From Octopus sinensis (lineage: Eukaryota), in NCBI RefSeq assembly GCF_006345805.1, contig NC_043000.1:134292001-134356000 (forward strand): a stretch of DNA of 64,000 nt, in the 5' to 3' direction. Both the position numbers and the translations under genes were made by a program. How positions within the stretch are numbered: position 1 is the first letter of the stretch; each line of letters begins with the position of its first letter. Below, piece after piece: positions 50,766-63,233 of the stretch. The notes beneath the pieces were generated by a model, which worked only from the letters and a program-made list of their open reading frames with translations, was not told the DNA's origin and ran no database searches.

Positions 50766-53696
50766 CATGCTGGACCATGTAGATTGCATACAACATGGAA
50801 CATAAAACTGCAGAATAAGAAATGGCTACTTCAAAGCAGTTGCTGAATGAAACACTTTTCTGTTAGAATTGCTTTTATTTCATGTATTGTATATCAGTTT
50901 AGAATTACAAGAAAATATATAAAGTAAACCAAAAATAAGGTGTTTTCTTAAGACAAGAAAACTAAAATTATCAATAAACACAGTCTCAAAAGCTTCATAC
51001 ATCACAGAAACTGAAAAACATTGAACTTTAGACACGTATTTGATTCATAAAAATTTTTTAAAATTTGCTATAAGTTAAGTCATTTAACAAAAAACATTTC
51101 TACATGTTCAGCACCCAAGAAATGCTAGATACCTCTAGTAATCATTTTACATTATTATTTATATTTACTCATGAAATATATTTACATATATTTATATATA
51201 ATATTTGCAGTTGTAAAATTATTAGTTATCAGTTACTGAAAAAGGCTGAGGAATTTCAGGAATTATTACAGCACTAGATTAAATACCTTGTTGTATTTGA
51301 TTTAATCAATTTATGTTCTTGGTTCAAATATGACCAAAGTTTACTTTGCTCTTGATCTTGCCAAGATATTTATAACATGTCCGATTTGTTACTATTGATT
51401 CATTCAACTATAAACCCACTTTATTGGCCAATATCTAATTATTATTAGTTGTTAGCCTGACTTGTAGAAATGAGTTAAATTATATTTGTCATTTGTTTAG
51501 GTTGTGGGACATAAAGCTCAAAATTATCCACTATTTAGTACAATAAATATTCTGTTTCTTATATTTTGGCAGTCTCTACCATTCTGCAAGTTAATGTAAC
51601 AATTGATTTATATTTAAATGTATTGCCCAGACAGTCGTTCACTAACGTTCAACTCTGAAGACTAAACCAGTGTTTAAGACATGACATACTTATTAAGAAT
51701 ATGAATATTAATAAACAATAAATTCCACATTGACATAATACTTTCATGTTTTATAAATAACACCAAATAGATCGTCTTTCATTTTGTCTTTCCCTTTCTG
51801 TTTCTCCAGCTCTTATTTAAACAGTTTCCACAAAGAGAAACATTAGTTATAAACTTCATAAAATACTAATACATTATACATTTATCAAGTCTAGCAAATC
51901 TAGAGGCTAGAAATAAAAATGGCTAAATTTTCATAATGCATTATTCTATGTATAATATCCAGTTTGAATAGCTAGAGAGCAAATATTGCCCTATGCCTTC
52001 TTGATAGCAAAGTTACATCAACAGTATTGATGTTTACTGACCAGCTCTACAATTAGACAACAGATTAAAGGTTATGTTTAATGCTACACTGAACTTTTAC
52101 TTGCTCAACGATGAAAAAAAAGAAATATCTGTCCAGTGGAGCTGAAATTTCTGCTTCATGATGCTGGTACTAGTTGAAAGCTAGTGTCTGATAAGAAATG
52201 CATACCATGTGTGAGGGTGGCATATACAACGAATAGCATATGCATATATATCACTTTTGATAATTTAAAATCAAGCTAGCAATGCATATGTGTGAAAAAA
52301 AAAAAATTATGTCACACAGCTATATTTGGCTTCAGAAGATGAAATTTATTGTTTATCAAAAGATAACAAATGGAAAGGTACATAGATGATGAATAATTAA
52401 TATAAAGATAGAAAATCATTATTCATAACAATGAGCTTAATCTATCTTTCTAGAAAATATATCTTTGCTAATATGTAAAATTAGAAGTTAAGATTTTGGA
52501 CATCTGCACTAGAGTGGTCATGTATTTTATGCTGTGTTGTGCCTTTAAGAATACATCTCTACCATTTATATAACTAGTAAATTAGGCACCAATTTCACAA
52601 CAATAAAATTAAATGACTGACACCAAGAAGCTAATTCAGAGAAACAATTCTTATTTGAAAATGTTCTGTAATTATTCACAAATAAAAAGCAATCTAATCT
52701 ATAAAACTTAATTAAATAAAACTGTTAAAATTTCAAATCTACATTTTTAGCTTTTCAACTTAGAGAGTATTTGCACCTGGTGAGATGTCCAGTGATCTAC
52801 AGATTTAACCCTTTAGCATTTAAAACAACCATGTCCAGTCCAAATATTCTACCTGCTTTATGTTCAAACTGGCTGGAGATGGCTTCTCACACATACCCTA
52901 TAATGTCATTAAAAATAAACAATAACATAATTGAAATTTCAAAGCTAAGAGAATACACGATTAATTTAAAACATGAATAGATAAGCATTATATTTCATAG
53001 AGTAATCTGAATGATAATGTGTAAACTACAGTGACAAATTAGCAGACTCATTAGAGCAATGGATAGAATATCCCATGGTACTTGTTCTGACTCTCGGTAC
53101 TCTTAGTTCAAATCCCACCAATATTAACACCCTTTTTTTTTATCCTTTCAAAACTGATAGTAAAATGAATCGATCTTGAGTAGTGGCTAGGCATAATTGT
53201 TACAACACCTGATGAGATACCTTGTAGTGTCTGTTCCCTCCTTCACCCAGCTCTGTGCAGAGACATGGTCAACTGATCAACAGAGGCTTCTAAATAATGT
53301 ATAATCACACTACCATATCTCATTTGAATTCAACCTCTGAATCTCAGGTTTTCTTTTCATATAGTACAATATTCTACATTTCCTTTGTTGTTTTTAGATT
53401 TTAAACACTCCTAAAAAGGGTTTTTGTCTACTAAAATTTCTCAACTAACTATATGAGAGCCCAGCTATATATACAAGAAACTAAAGGCTTTTCCTTAAAC
53501 ACTTTATTTTTGATTATCCCAAATTTATTTATAAAAGCATTGAGGTTGTTAGTAAAATACAATGTTATTAAAATATCATTTGAAATATTGCTAGGACTAA
53601 TAGCATAGTACTTTGGAAGAATAAAAGTAGAGTTGGTCTGAGTTGCAAAAAAATTTCATATCAGAGATTACATTTTATTCGGTTAAAATAAAAAAT

Positions 53697-54290
53697 TGTG
53701 TGGTGAAGGAGTTTTGCTTCCCAACCACATTGTTTTGTGTTTAATTCTATTGCCTGGCATCCTGGACAAGTGTCTTCTACTATAGACCCAGGCTGACCAA
53801 AGCCTTGTGAGTAGAGTTGGTAGATGGAAACTAAAAGAAGCCCATTGCGTGGATATGTGTGTATGTTGCTACCTCCTTGCCTTGACATCGTATGATAGTT
53901 GTGAGTACATCATTATTTTTGTGAGGTACATCATGCAATTGGTGTCCTACATTTCGAAACTTCTTTCAAAACATGTCTGGTGACAGAGAAATATTATCTC
54001 ACTTGGAACCAAATGAAGGTTGGTAACAGGAAGGGCATCCAGCCATTAAAAAAAATTCACCCCAACAAATTCCTATTTCTTTACTACCCACAAGGGGCTA
54101 AAAACAGAGAGGACAAACAATGACAGACAAATGGATTAAGTCGATTATATCGACCCCGGTGCATAACTGGTACTTATTTATTCGACCCTGAAAGGATGAA
54201 AGGCAAAGTCTCCATTACACTCATGTGAGCATGGAAAAAATGAATGTTAAAAAAGCATTGATAGCAATGATTCCTTTAAGTGTAAAGGGC
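53697..54290 (+). mobile_element. Family A-headed SINE with RTE-type tail, interrupted by a truncated B copy (54073-54205, minus)
   Basis: A head and body, caggaagggcatccagcc tail, B 3' part inserted at aaattcc. Confidence 0.75.
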
Positions 54291-55253
54291 ATGTATTGAA
54301 TCAAATAGAAAGAAGGGCAGGTAGTTGTGATTAGTTCAGAAAGTGTAAAATGGCAGTACATGGAATGAGAAAGATTTCCATTGAGCAGTCTTCAGAATTA
54401 ATGACACATTATAATGCTTAGTGTAGAAATTGATGAGGAACACAGAGTATGAGTAGCAAGAAGCAGAAAAGCAGGCACAATTGTATATTGTCTAATAATT
54501 GTTATTTTTGTGAGGTACAGCCTAGCAGTGAGAATATGTTGCATCCACTTTCCAATATACTTTATAGCATGTATAATTAAAGGCTGTAGTAACCTCATTA
54601 CCTCAGATATTAGAAATGGCTAATAACAACCTTGTACAACATTTTAGCAATTATTGATGTTGCTGATACTGTAGAACACTGAGAACTGTAATCTTTTGCT
54701 TTTTCATTATCTTAATAGCTTTTGAAATACTGTCTTTTTTTTTTTTAAGAATGGTGAGTATGGAGCCAAAGCAAATGTTTAGAGTTTGCCTATGGTCTTT
54801 ACAGGACATCTCAGTCTGATAAGGATGGAGCAGTTAATGTTCAGCTTGAATTTCTGCTCACTGATTCATGTAATAAAAAAAAAATCACATGTGGTCGAAG
54901 AGGATGTTCCACTTACTCACCTACTCATCATCTCCCATTTGTCTCACCTGAACTAAACACTTCTCCTAGACTGGATTTCTTATTAGAACTGCTGCTCTAT
55001 GGAACATATAATATATGGTTTAATAACCACCACCTGGCCTTTGGATATTTTTAGCAGTGTCCATTCTGTTGCGAGTATTCTGCCAAATCTCCAGTCTGAG
55101 GACAAGTCCTTCTCTCTATCCACCAGTCTCTGATGCTCCCAAAAAGATAAGGATACTTACCTTTATCTTTGAAGCAAGTTTAATCCTAAGGATGGCTTGT
55201 AGGAACTAAAGTTATTTCCTCAGTTCTCTGATCAAGCACAAACAATTCAAATA

Positions 55254-55629
55254 TCTTTTATCTTTTGCTCAATTCAGTCATTAGACTGTGACCATGCTGG
55301 AGTACCACCTTGAAGCCGTTTTTTAGTCAAATGTATCAACCCCTGTACTTTCTTTTTTAAAGCCTAGCATTTATTCTATTGGTCACCTTCTACTGAACCC
55401 CTAAGTTATGGGGATGTAAATACATCACCACTAGTTGTCAAGCAGTGGTGGTGGAGAACACACACAAGATGGACTTCTTTCAGTTTCTATCTACCAAATC
55501 TACTCACAAGGCTTTGGTTGGCCCAAGGCTATAGAAGACACTTACCCAAGGTGCCTTGCAGAAGGACTGAGCCCCCAGTCCACGTGGTTGGGAAGCAAGC
55601 TTCTTACCACACAGCCATACCCAGCACCT
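55254..55629 (-). mobile_element. Family A SINE
   Basis: Colinear with the other A copies. Confidence 0.85.
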
Positions 55630-55861
55630 TTTAAAACATAACACTGATTAGAACATGGTTAGTTGAAGCATTTGAATAGTCTGAGCACCATAGGAAAGTA
55701 ATAACTGGAATACCATCATGGCATATGTATTTAACAAAATGACTTTGTAAAATTATTCCTTAAAGAGTATTGTGATTAGCTGGTATTTCAACAGTAAACT
55801 AAATGCTTTTGAGATTTGTAGGTAAAATTTAAATAAATAAATATATATATATATTTATTGC

Positions 55862-56373
55862 ATGGCACCTTGGGCAAGTGTCTTCTATTATAGCTTCAGG
55901 CCAACCAAAGCCTTGAGAGTGGATTTGGTAGACGGAAACTGAAAGAAGCCTGTCGTATATATGTGTGTATATATATATATATATATCATCATCATCATCA
56001 TCATCATCATCGTTTAACGTCCGCTTTCCATGCTAGCATGGGTTGGACGGTTCAACTGGGGTCTGGCAAGCTCGAAGGCTGCACCAGGCCAGTCAGATCT
56101 GGCAGTGTTTCTACAGCTGGATGCCCTTCCTAACGCCAACCACTCCGAGAGTGTAGTGGGTGATTTTATGTGCCACCGACACAGGTGCCAGACGAGGCTG
56201 GCAGACGGCCACGCTCGGATGGTGTTTTTATGTGCCACCGACACAGGTGCCAGACGAGGCTGGCGAATGGCCACGCTCGGATGTTGTTTGTTACGTGCCC
56301 ACAGCATGGAGGCCAGTCGATGCGGTACTGGCTACGGTCACGTTCGGATAGTTTTCTTATGTGCCACCAACAA

Positions 56374-56423
<50 letters not shown>

Positions 56424-56630
56424 TTGTGTGTCTGTGCTTGTTCCTCCAACATCGTTTCACAACCAATGCTGGTGTGTTTACGTCCCCGTAACTTAGCGGT
56501 TTGGCAAAAGAGACCAATAGAATAAATACTAGACTTACAAAGAATAAGTCCTGGGGTCGATTTGCTCGGCTAAAGTCACTGCTCCAGCATGGCTACAGTC
56601 AAATGACTGAAACAAGTAAAAGAGTAAAGG
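55862..56630 (+). mobile_element. Family A SINE whose internal (TA)n carries a family C insertion (55987-56374, minus)
   Basis: A body before and after; C contains a ~62-bp internal tandem repeat. Confidence 0.88.
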
Positions 56631-56957
56631 AATATACATACTATATATATATATATATATACATATATGAATTTTAGTAATCACATAGATATGTACATAG
56701 ATATAATACCAAACAATCAAAGCAACAAAATCTTCTTTGAAGTACCTACTTTACAAGATATGAAGAAATGCAAGTATTCTGATCAATGCTTATCTTAGAC
56801 TCCATAAGTATTAACTACTTGCAATTATACATATCTTTAACATTGATAATAACTAGAATGAAATTTTTAAATTTTAGATGGAACCTAAATCCTTTTTTGA
56901 TGTTATTTTTAATTGGAAGGTCAAAAGATAGAAAGCATATCAGTTTCTTCCTGTGTG

Positions 56958-57327
56958 TTTTACTTGTAGCAGTCATTAAACTGCAGCCATGCTGGAGCAC
57001 TGCTTTGAAGAGTTTAGTTGACCAAATCAACCTCAGTATTTATTTTTTTCTAAGTCTGGCACTTATTCTATCGGTTTTTCCTGAACTGCTAAGTTACAGG
57101 GATGTAAACAAACTAACACCACATGTGAAGTGGTGGTGGGGGACAAAAAATATGTATATATACACACAGACACACACATGATGGACTTCTTTCAGTTTCC
57201 ATCTATCAAATCCACTCACAAGGCTTTGGTTGACCAGGAGCTATAGAAGATACTGGCTCCAGATGTCACACAGTGGGACTGAACCTGGATCCATATGGTT
57301 GGGAAGAAAACCTCTTACCACACAGCA
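56958..57327 (-). mobile_element. Family A SINE
   Basis: Colinear with the other A copies. Confidence 0.85.
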
Positions 57328-57375
57328 ACTTTTTTTTATCTTTAATATTGGATTTTGTAATTCTTTTATCTGGGG

Positions 57376-57745
57376 GGAGTGGCTGTGTGGTAAGTAGCTT
57401 GTGTTCAGTCCCACTGCATGGCACCTTGGGTAAGTGTCTTCTACTATAGCCTTGGGCTGACCAAAGACATGTGAGTGGATTTGGTAGATGGAAACTGAAC
57501 AAAGCCCATCATACGTGTGTGTGTGTACACATGTAGATGTTTGTGTGTCTGTGTTTGTTGCCCTACTATCACTTGACAACTGATGTTGGTGTGTTTGCAT
57601 TCCTATAACTTAGCGGTTCGGCAAAAGACACCAATAGAATAAGTACTAGGCTTACAAAGAACAAGTCCTGGGGTCGATTTGTTCGACTAAAAAGCGGTGC
57701 TCCAGCATGGGCACAGTCAAATGACTGAAACAAATGAAAAAAATG
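57376..57745 (+). mobile_element. Family A SINE, inverted relative to its neighbour
   Basis: ggagtggctgtgtggtaagtagc head through tail. Confidence 0.88.
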
Positions 57746-58647
57746 AAATAATATAAAAAAAGATACAGTAGTTTAATCTTTTATCTAAAACCAAAGAATA
57801 ACTCTTAGGAATATTCTAAAGACCAATAGATACCCTTTTAGAAATTGTATGAGCACGGAATGTAACAAAATTTCTGAGGAAATTTCCTAAATTGACACAA
57901 TAATGACAAATAACTCAGTTTTGTTTTTTCCCCCTTTCTTCAACTGTTTTTATCTCTCTGCCCAACCCATCTCTCTCTCCCCTTTTACACACACACACAC
58001 ACACATGTCATCATCTCCCTTGCAATGATCAGGGAACAATAACCTTTTATGATCAATGCCATAAATGACTGTGCAAGGGTGATGATGCACATCACTTCTG
58101 ATTAAGCTGTCTACTTTCCTTGTGTTAAATCTTTTGCACCTCTTCTATCTTTGATAAATATTTCCTGCCTTCTGTGGGCCATTTTTTAAAATTTATTCAC
58201 TACCTATTGTTCTCATCTCTAGCTTTGTCAACCCCCTTTTTTGGGGGTTTTTTTTTGTTTGTCTTTTTTGCTAATTTAAACACCCCACACACAATTCTTT
58301 TAACATGATGTCACAAATTGCTTTCTCTTCTGTTAAGTTATTTTCAATAATTAAAACTTGTCCCCCTCTTTGAAGGCAGTAGTTCATAGGGTAATTAACA
58401 AAAATAGTGTTAAAATCTTTGCTGATCCACTTAAAACACTTTCTGTATGGTTGTGACACCATTAATAACTGGAAATAATTACACAGAAAACTGATTTTTT
58501 TATTCATTCCCCAGGTGATTATCAATTTTTTTTTTCTTCTCTTTCACCAGCTACCTGATATTTTTGTTGATGTTTTCAACATCTGTATGTGTTCACAACC
58601 AATTATATAACAGATGATTATATTTTGACAAAAAAAAAAAAAAAGGA

Positions 58648-58790
58648 GGGTAGCTTAAAATATTCATGGAATATGAGAATTACTGTACACGTCAAACTCA
58701 AGATAGAAATGCAAAATGATAAAAGACAGATTGATATAGTTGGAATAAGTGCAGGTATGGAGGAATTTTACTTTAGAGAAAGGTATGCAC
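58648..58790 (+). mobile_element. Possible RTE endonuclease N-terminal remnant
   Basis: SLKYSWNMRITVHVKLKIEMQNDKRQIDIVGIS, weakly like WNVRT...IDILGIS. Confidence 0.35.
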
Positions 58791-59139
58791 ACAAATCAGG
58801 TTTTCAAGTGCAAATAGGTTTGCAGCTTTTATTAGAAGAATGTTATATCTATAAAAATCTTTAGATATAGCCCCATCCGACAACCAAGGAGCGATTATAC
58901 GTTAAGAAACCACTCCAGTGATTTCAAAGTAAAAGTGAATGCCAGAAAGATAAAGAGAAATATCAATACAATTTTATAATCCAACAATCCAAGGAGATTC
59001 AACAAATACTGCTGTGAACTAGGGATTGGAACAGGTAGTAGCAGCTATCTTTTATAAATAATTCTATGAAGCTGAACGACAGATGTATGCCTGAGAGAGA
59101 AGTGAGGAAAAAGAGCAAATAAAACAGAAAACAATTTCT

Positions 59140-59773
59140 TGACTGTATCGTTAAGAAGTTTACTCTGAAATCACATGGTTTAGGGTCCAGTACCTATTTC
59201 TTTACTACCCACAAGGGGCTAAACACAGAGAGGACAAACAAGGACGGACAAACGGATTAAGCCGATTATATCGACCCCAGTGCGTAACTGGTACTTCTTT
59301 AATCGACCCCGAAAGGATGAAAGGCAAAGTCGACCTCGGCGGAATTCGAACTCAGAACGTAGCGGCAGATGAAATACCGCTAAGCATTTCGCCCAGCGCG
59401 CTAACGTTTCTGCCAGCTCACTGCCTTTTTAGGGTCCAGTACCAATGAGCAGAACCTTGGACAAGTATCTTCTTCTATGACCCAAGACAGACCAATGACT
59501 GGTTAGCGAATTTGGTAGATAACAATATTGTAGAAGCCCATAATGTATGTATACGCATGCACATACCTGTGTGCTTGTGTTTGATTCTCATCATTTGCCA
59601 ACGAGTATTGCTTTGTATTTATCCTTGTGACTTAGCAGTCTAGCTAAAAGAGACCAATAGAATAAGCACCAGACTTAAAATAAGCACTGGGGTTGATTTG
59701 ATGGGATAAATCTTTCAAGGCAGCGCCCCAGCATGGGCAGTCAGAAGACTAAGAGAATAATAAAAGTTAAAAG
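59140..59773 (+). mobile_element. Older family A SINE hosting an intact family B insertion
   Basis: A sequence is contiguous once the B copy and one TSD are removed. Confidence 0.8.
59195..59427 (-). mobile_element. Intact young family B SINE with 16-bp TSD
   Basis: tttagggtccagtacc at 59179-59194 and 59428-59443; many CpGs retained. Confidence 0.93.
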
Positions 59774-59799
59774 TCCATGTGTGTGTATACATACACAAA

Positions 59800-59950
59800 T
59801 CTCTGGATCTTTCCTTCTCCTATGTTTCCGACGAAGAGCTCCGCTCGAAACGTTAAGCCCTCCTTCTATCTTGAGCGTCCAATAATACTATATTTGTTCC
59901 ACATCCTCGCATTGTTGTATTTTTTTGTGCTTTCTTGTTTGGATTAACTA
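59800..59950 (+). mobile_element. Probable Penelope-like element terminal (pLTR) fragment with a hammerhead-like motif
   Basis: gtttccgacgaagagctccgctcgaaacgttaagc, ending in (TA)n. Confidence 0.55.
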
Positions 59951-59960
59951 TATATATATA

Positions 59961-60261
59961 TACTAAGCAATAAGGGTTTAGCAACGAGTTGCCTTACCAC
60001 ATACCGAATTTAGAAATAGAAGTCAAAGGGTTATAGCTATTTCTTCTACTAAAAGGTAGATCTCAGTAAAAACAGCATTTGGAAGGCACAAACAGGTAAG
60101 AGAGAATGAATTGACTGTTTGCCTACCTGTTTGTGCCTTCCAAATGCTTGTTTTACTGAGATCTACCTTTTTAGTAGAAGAAATAGCTATAACCCTTGAC
60201 TGCTATTTCTAAATTCGGTATGTGGTAAGGCAACTCGTTGCTAAACCCTTATTGCTTAGTA
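59961..60261. repeat. Near-perfect inverted repeat / fold-back MITE: 138-bp arms, 25-nt spacer
   Basis: 59961-60098 versus 60124-60261; only a few differences; TA at both outer ends. Confidence 0.95.
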
Positions 60262-60362
60262 TTACTTAAATTTTCCTCGAATGAGGCTTTTACATGCCGA
60301 AGACTACTTGGTGTAATTGATAATTTTTCCAAATTAATTAATTTCACCCTTCATTATTACGG

Positions 60363-60410
<48 letters not shown>

Positions 60411-60415
60411 GATAT

Positions 60416-60458
<43 letters not shown>

Positions 60459-60506
60459 CACACACACACACACATACAAACAAAATCCCAAGGTACGTAG
60501 ACTCAC

Positions 60507-60620
60507 ACATAGATATTCCCAAGACCTTCCAAGAGCAAAGAAGTAATGCAGGCTGGGAATTTCAGCTTGCTCAGAACTTGTTGTCCACAAACAGAAGAAG
60601 AAAAATATTACTCCAAACCT
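60507..60620 (-). other. Candidate 114-nt exon
   Basis: atttccttccttgcttctAG|aggtttgg...atctatgt|GTGAGT; one frame open (RFGVIFFFFCLWTTSSEQAEIPSLHYFFALGRSWEYLC); no protein recognised. Confidence 0.4.
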
Positions 60621-60730
60621 CTAGAAGCAAGGAAGGAAATCTCATAATAGCAATACAGACTAAAAACCAATTATAGATATGCTACAGGAGGTATACAATG
60701 ATCGCAACAGGAAGAGCATCGTATACTCAC

Positions 60731-60766
60731 ATATCCTTTCAGTACGTAGTCAGATATACTTTTTCC
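60731..60766 (-). other. Candidate 36-nt exon
   Basis: Long pyrimidine tract ...gttcttttattaAG|ggaaaaag...ggatat|GTGAGT; frame 0 reads GKSISDYVLKGY. Confidence 0.4.
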
Positions 60767-61014
60767 CTTAATAAAAGAACATAATCAGAAAAGGAAAAGA
60801 AATGCCATAATCTATATTACATCATTGTTCTTCTCATCATTGCTACCAAACAGCATCAGTTGTAACAACAGTTATTGGCACAAGTTGGATGGTTCACAGA
60901 ATTGCTTCCTCTCTCAACGTATCCGCTATTCATTACTAGTTCTTAAGCAAAAACTATCGCTATTAAGACTTAGATAATTCACTTATGGTCTTTCTGTCTA
61001 GTTTTTGGTTGGTA

Positions 61015-61150
61015 GTTGTCCTAGCAACCGAAAGCCAGTGATTTAATCAGTCTATTGTAACCCCATATCCAGATCAACACAAGTGTCTCACTCACCTATC
61101 AAACCATCAACATCTCATCAACATTTGTATCCACCTTCCGCGCTGAGATG
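61015..61150 (-). promoter_or_regulatory. Candidate promoter/first-exon region: RFX X-box-like site, ETS-like core, strong donor at 61096
   Basis: GTTGTCCTAGCAAC at 61015-61028; CTTCCG near 61135; minus tgatag|GTGAGT; about 9 CpGs in 60690-61145. Confidence 0.35.
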
Positions 61151-61769
61151 TTAAATCCTCACATTTCAACTCAGTTCATATTCAGTTTTACTGCCCTCCT
61201 CAACAGGTATGAGGACCATTCTAATTTTTGGCATGGTTTCTTCAGTTGGATATCTTTAACACCAGCCACAGACAGATACCTTTCTAAATCACCGAGTAAA
61301 GAGTAAAGTGTACTGGTATTATTTTATCATTGCACCAACACAAGAGAGGTTGTCATGTTCCTCAGTAAGACTAAAGAATCCTCTTGGTACTATGTTATCA
61401 CCACTTCTTTAACAATCACATTACAGTGTACTGGAAGCATTTTACTGTAACACCAGTGCTAACAAGGCTGCCTTGTATCCCAAAAGAGAGAAGAGTTCTC
61501 ATTAAAGCAGTTAATGGGAATAAGTTCTGATAGCAATTAAAGAATGCAACAAGCAGCTGGAGATTTGTCATAAACTCCTCTTCAAACCATAAAACTTCAA
61601 TCTTTGCCAGGTTATATTTGGTACAATCATAAAAAAATAGCCTAGTACAGGATAGGGATTAATTTTGCTCCAATTACATGTATTCCAGTTTACAAAAAGT
61701 TACAATGTTTATGCAAAATAAAATGCATCTAATTTTAAACACTATACAAGAAAAACAAATTTATTTAGA

Positions 61770-62141
61770 AACAAGAGGCTCAGTGAGTGAAAACCTCTGC
61801 CAAGGCAACACCAATGTCCTCTCAACAATTAGCCAGAAATGGTTTTTAAAATGAGAGTATTTGAAATAAACTCGACTGCTCTTACAAATGAGAATACTAA
61901 AAATGAACCTGACCACTCTCAAAAATTAATTTTAAAAACCGGAAAACTAATCCAGAAGCTTTGTCCAGTAGTGGATCGATCCCAAAATCTAATCAGTTCA
62001 TGCTAGTCACGAGGCCAAACATCCTTGAAAGTTTCATTTGAATCCATCCAGCAGTTCTTGAGATATCTTGTCCACAGATAAACAAACAAACAAACATGAC
62101 TGAAAACAATACCTCCACCTTCACTAAGAGGGGGGTAATAA
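61770..62141. mobile_element. Helentron/DINE-1-like non-autonomous element
   Basis: Subterminal acctctgcc at left; right end acctccacc-ttcactaa-gagggggt hairpin; aaagtttcatttgaatccatccagcag...gagatatc followed by (CAAA)n, the typical HINE layout. Confidence 0.6.
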
Positions 62142-63233
62142 TTGACAATATTGTTAATTTAATATGGAAAGAAAGCTTGAAACATAATTCAATAGATTGA
62201 CCTTAATCTCCACAACCTCTGTCTCTCACACAATACATTTGTACTTCTCTAATCAATCAAAATAAAGGACAATCTTTTCCTGAATTGGAGATAACTTCCA
62301 CAAAATATTAGTTTTTAAAGATAGCATATGGTGAAACAAATAACCAAAAAGTGTGAATTTTTGAAAATATTGATCAGCTGATTCAATGGTCGTTTAAAAT
62401 GAGACAAGATTTTAATGAATACCCAATTGAGATTCTTCTCTTGTCATTGGCAAGATATCAATATTATTATTATTGTATTGTAATATAATTTGCCAGCTAT
62501 TTCAACTGACAAGAAATTGTTCTTTCACCTGCTGTTTATAGAAAACCACTATTCTTAAAGTATCGTCAGCCTTGACCTGCACAGATTTTCTTCTCTTACA
62601 TTCAACTCATTGTTGGGAATTATGACACAGAATTAGTAACAAGATATCACCATGACAGCATCCTTTGATGACTCTCTCTCTCTCTCTCTCTCTCTCTGAA
62701 ACAAATTCATGTGACAATAACTTAAGCTTTCTCTATGTAAACTTATGTTCTATAAACAACAAGTATGTTAACTACATTAGGAGTTTATAGTAAATGTCTG
62801 AAGATTGCTACAATTAATTGTATCAGATTTAAGAAACAAGATAAAAGCTGTTACAAGGAGAACAAATGACAAAAAAAATGACAGACAGCTATCTTTCTCT
62901 ATTCTTATTAATAATAGAAGAATTACTTTACAGACACAAATTAGATCAACATGTGGAACGACATGGTTATCGCTTGAAATCTATTTCAATTCATTTAACA
63001 ATAGCCCATTAATAACATTCTTTTTATTATTATCATCATTTAATCTCTTAAATTTTCTTATAAAACTAATTATTATATCAATGTTGTTTTTTTTTTTTAT
63101 GAAGTTAGAAGATAAATGAAAATCAATAATCTTACTGATATGATCACAGAATTAAAAATGCCTGCAAGTACTCTGGGTGCTGGTGCAATACCCTTAAAGC
63201 CAGAAACTTTTCAGCACTCCTTCATACATTTAA

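Noticed and set aside
58271-58525. ORF with GGQVLIIE, reminiscent of methyltransferases
   Set aside because: Only a short chance-level resemblance, no SAM-binding motif, no clear donor site.
59030-59055. aggtagtag, a let-7-like string
   Set aside because: The match is only 9 nt and there is no precursor hairpin.
240-60590. Most ORF-track entries (YIYI, CVCV, HTHT, IIII, LSIY-rich ORFs and repeated SINE-derived peptides)
   Set aside because: They are translations of microsatellites and SINE bodies, not genes.
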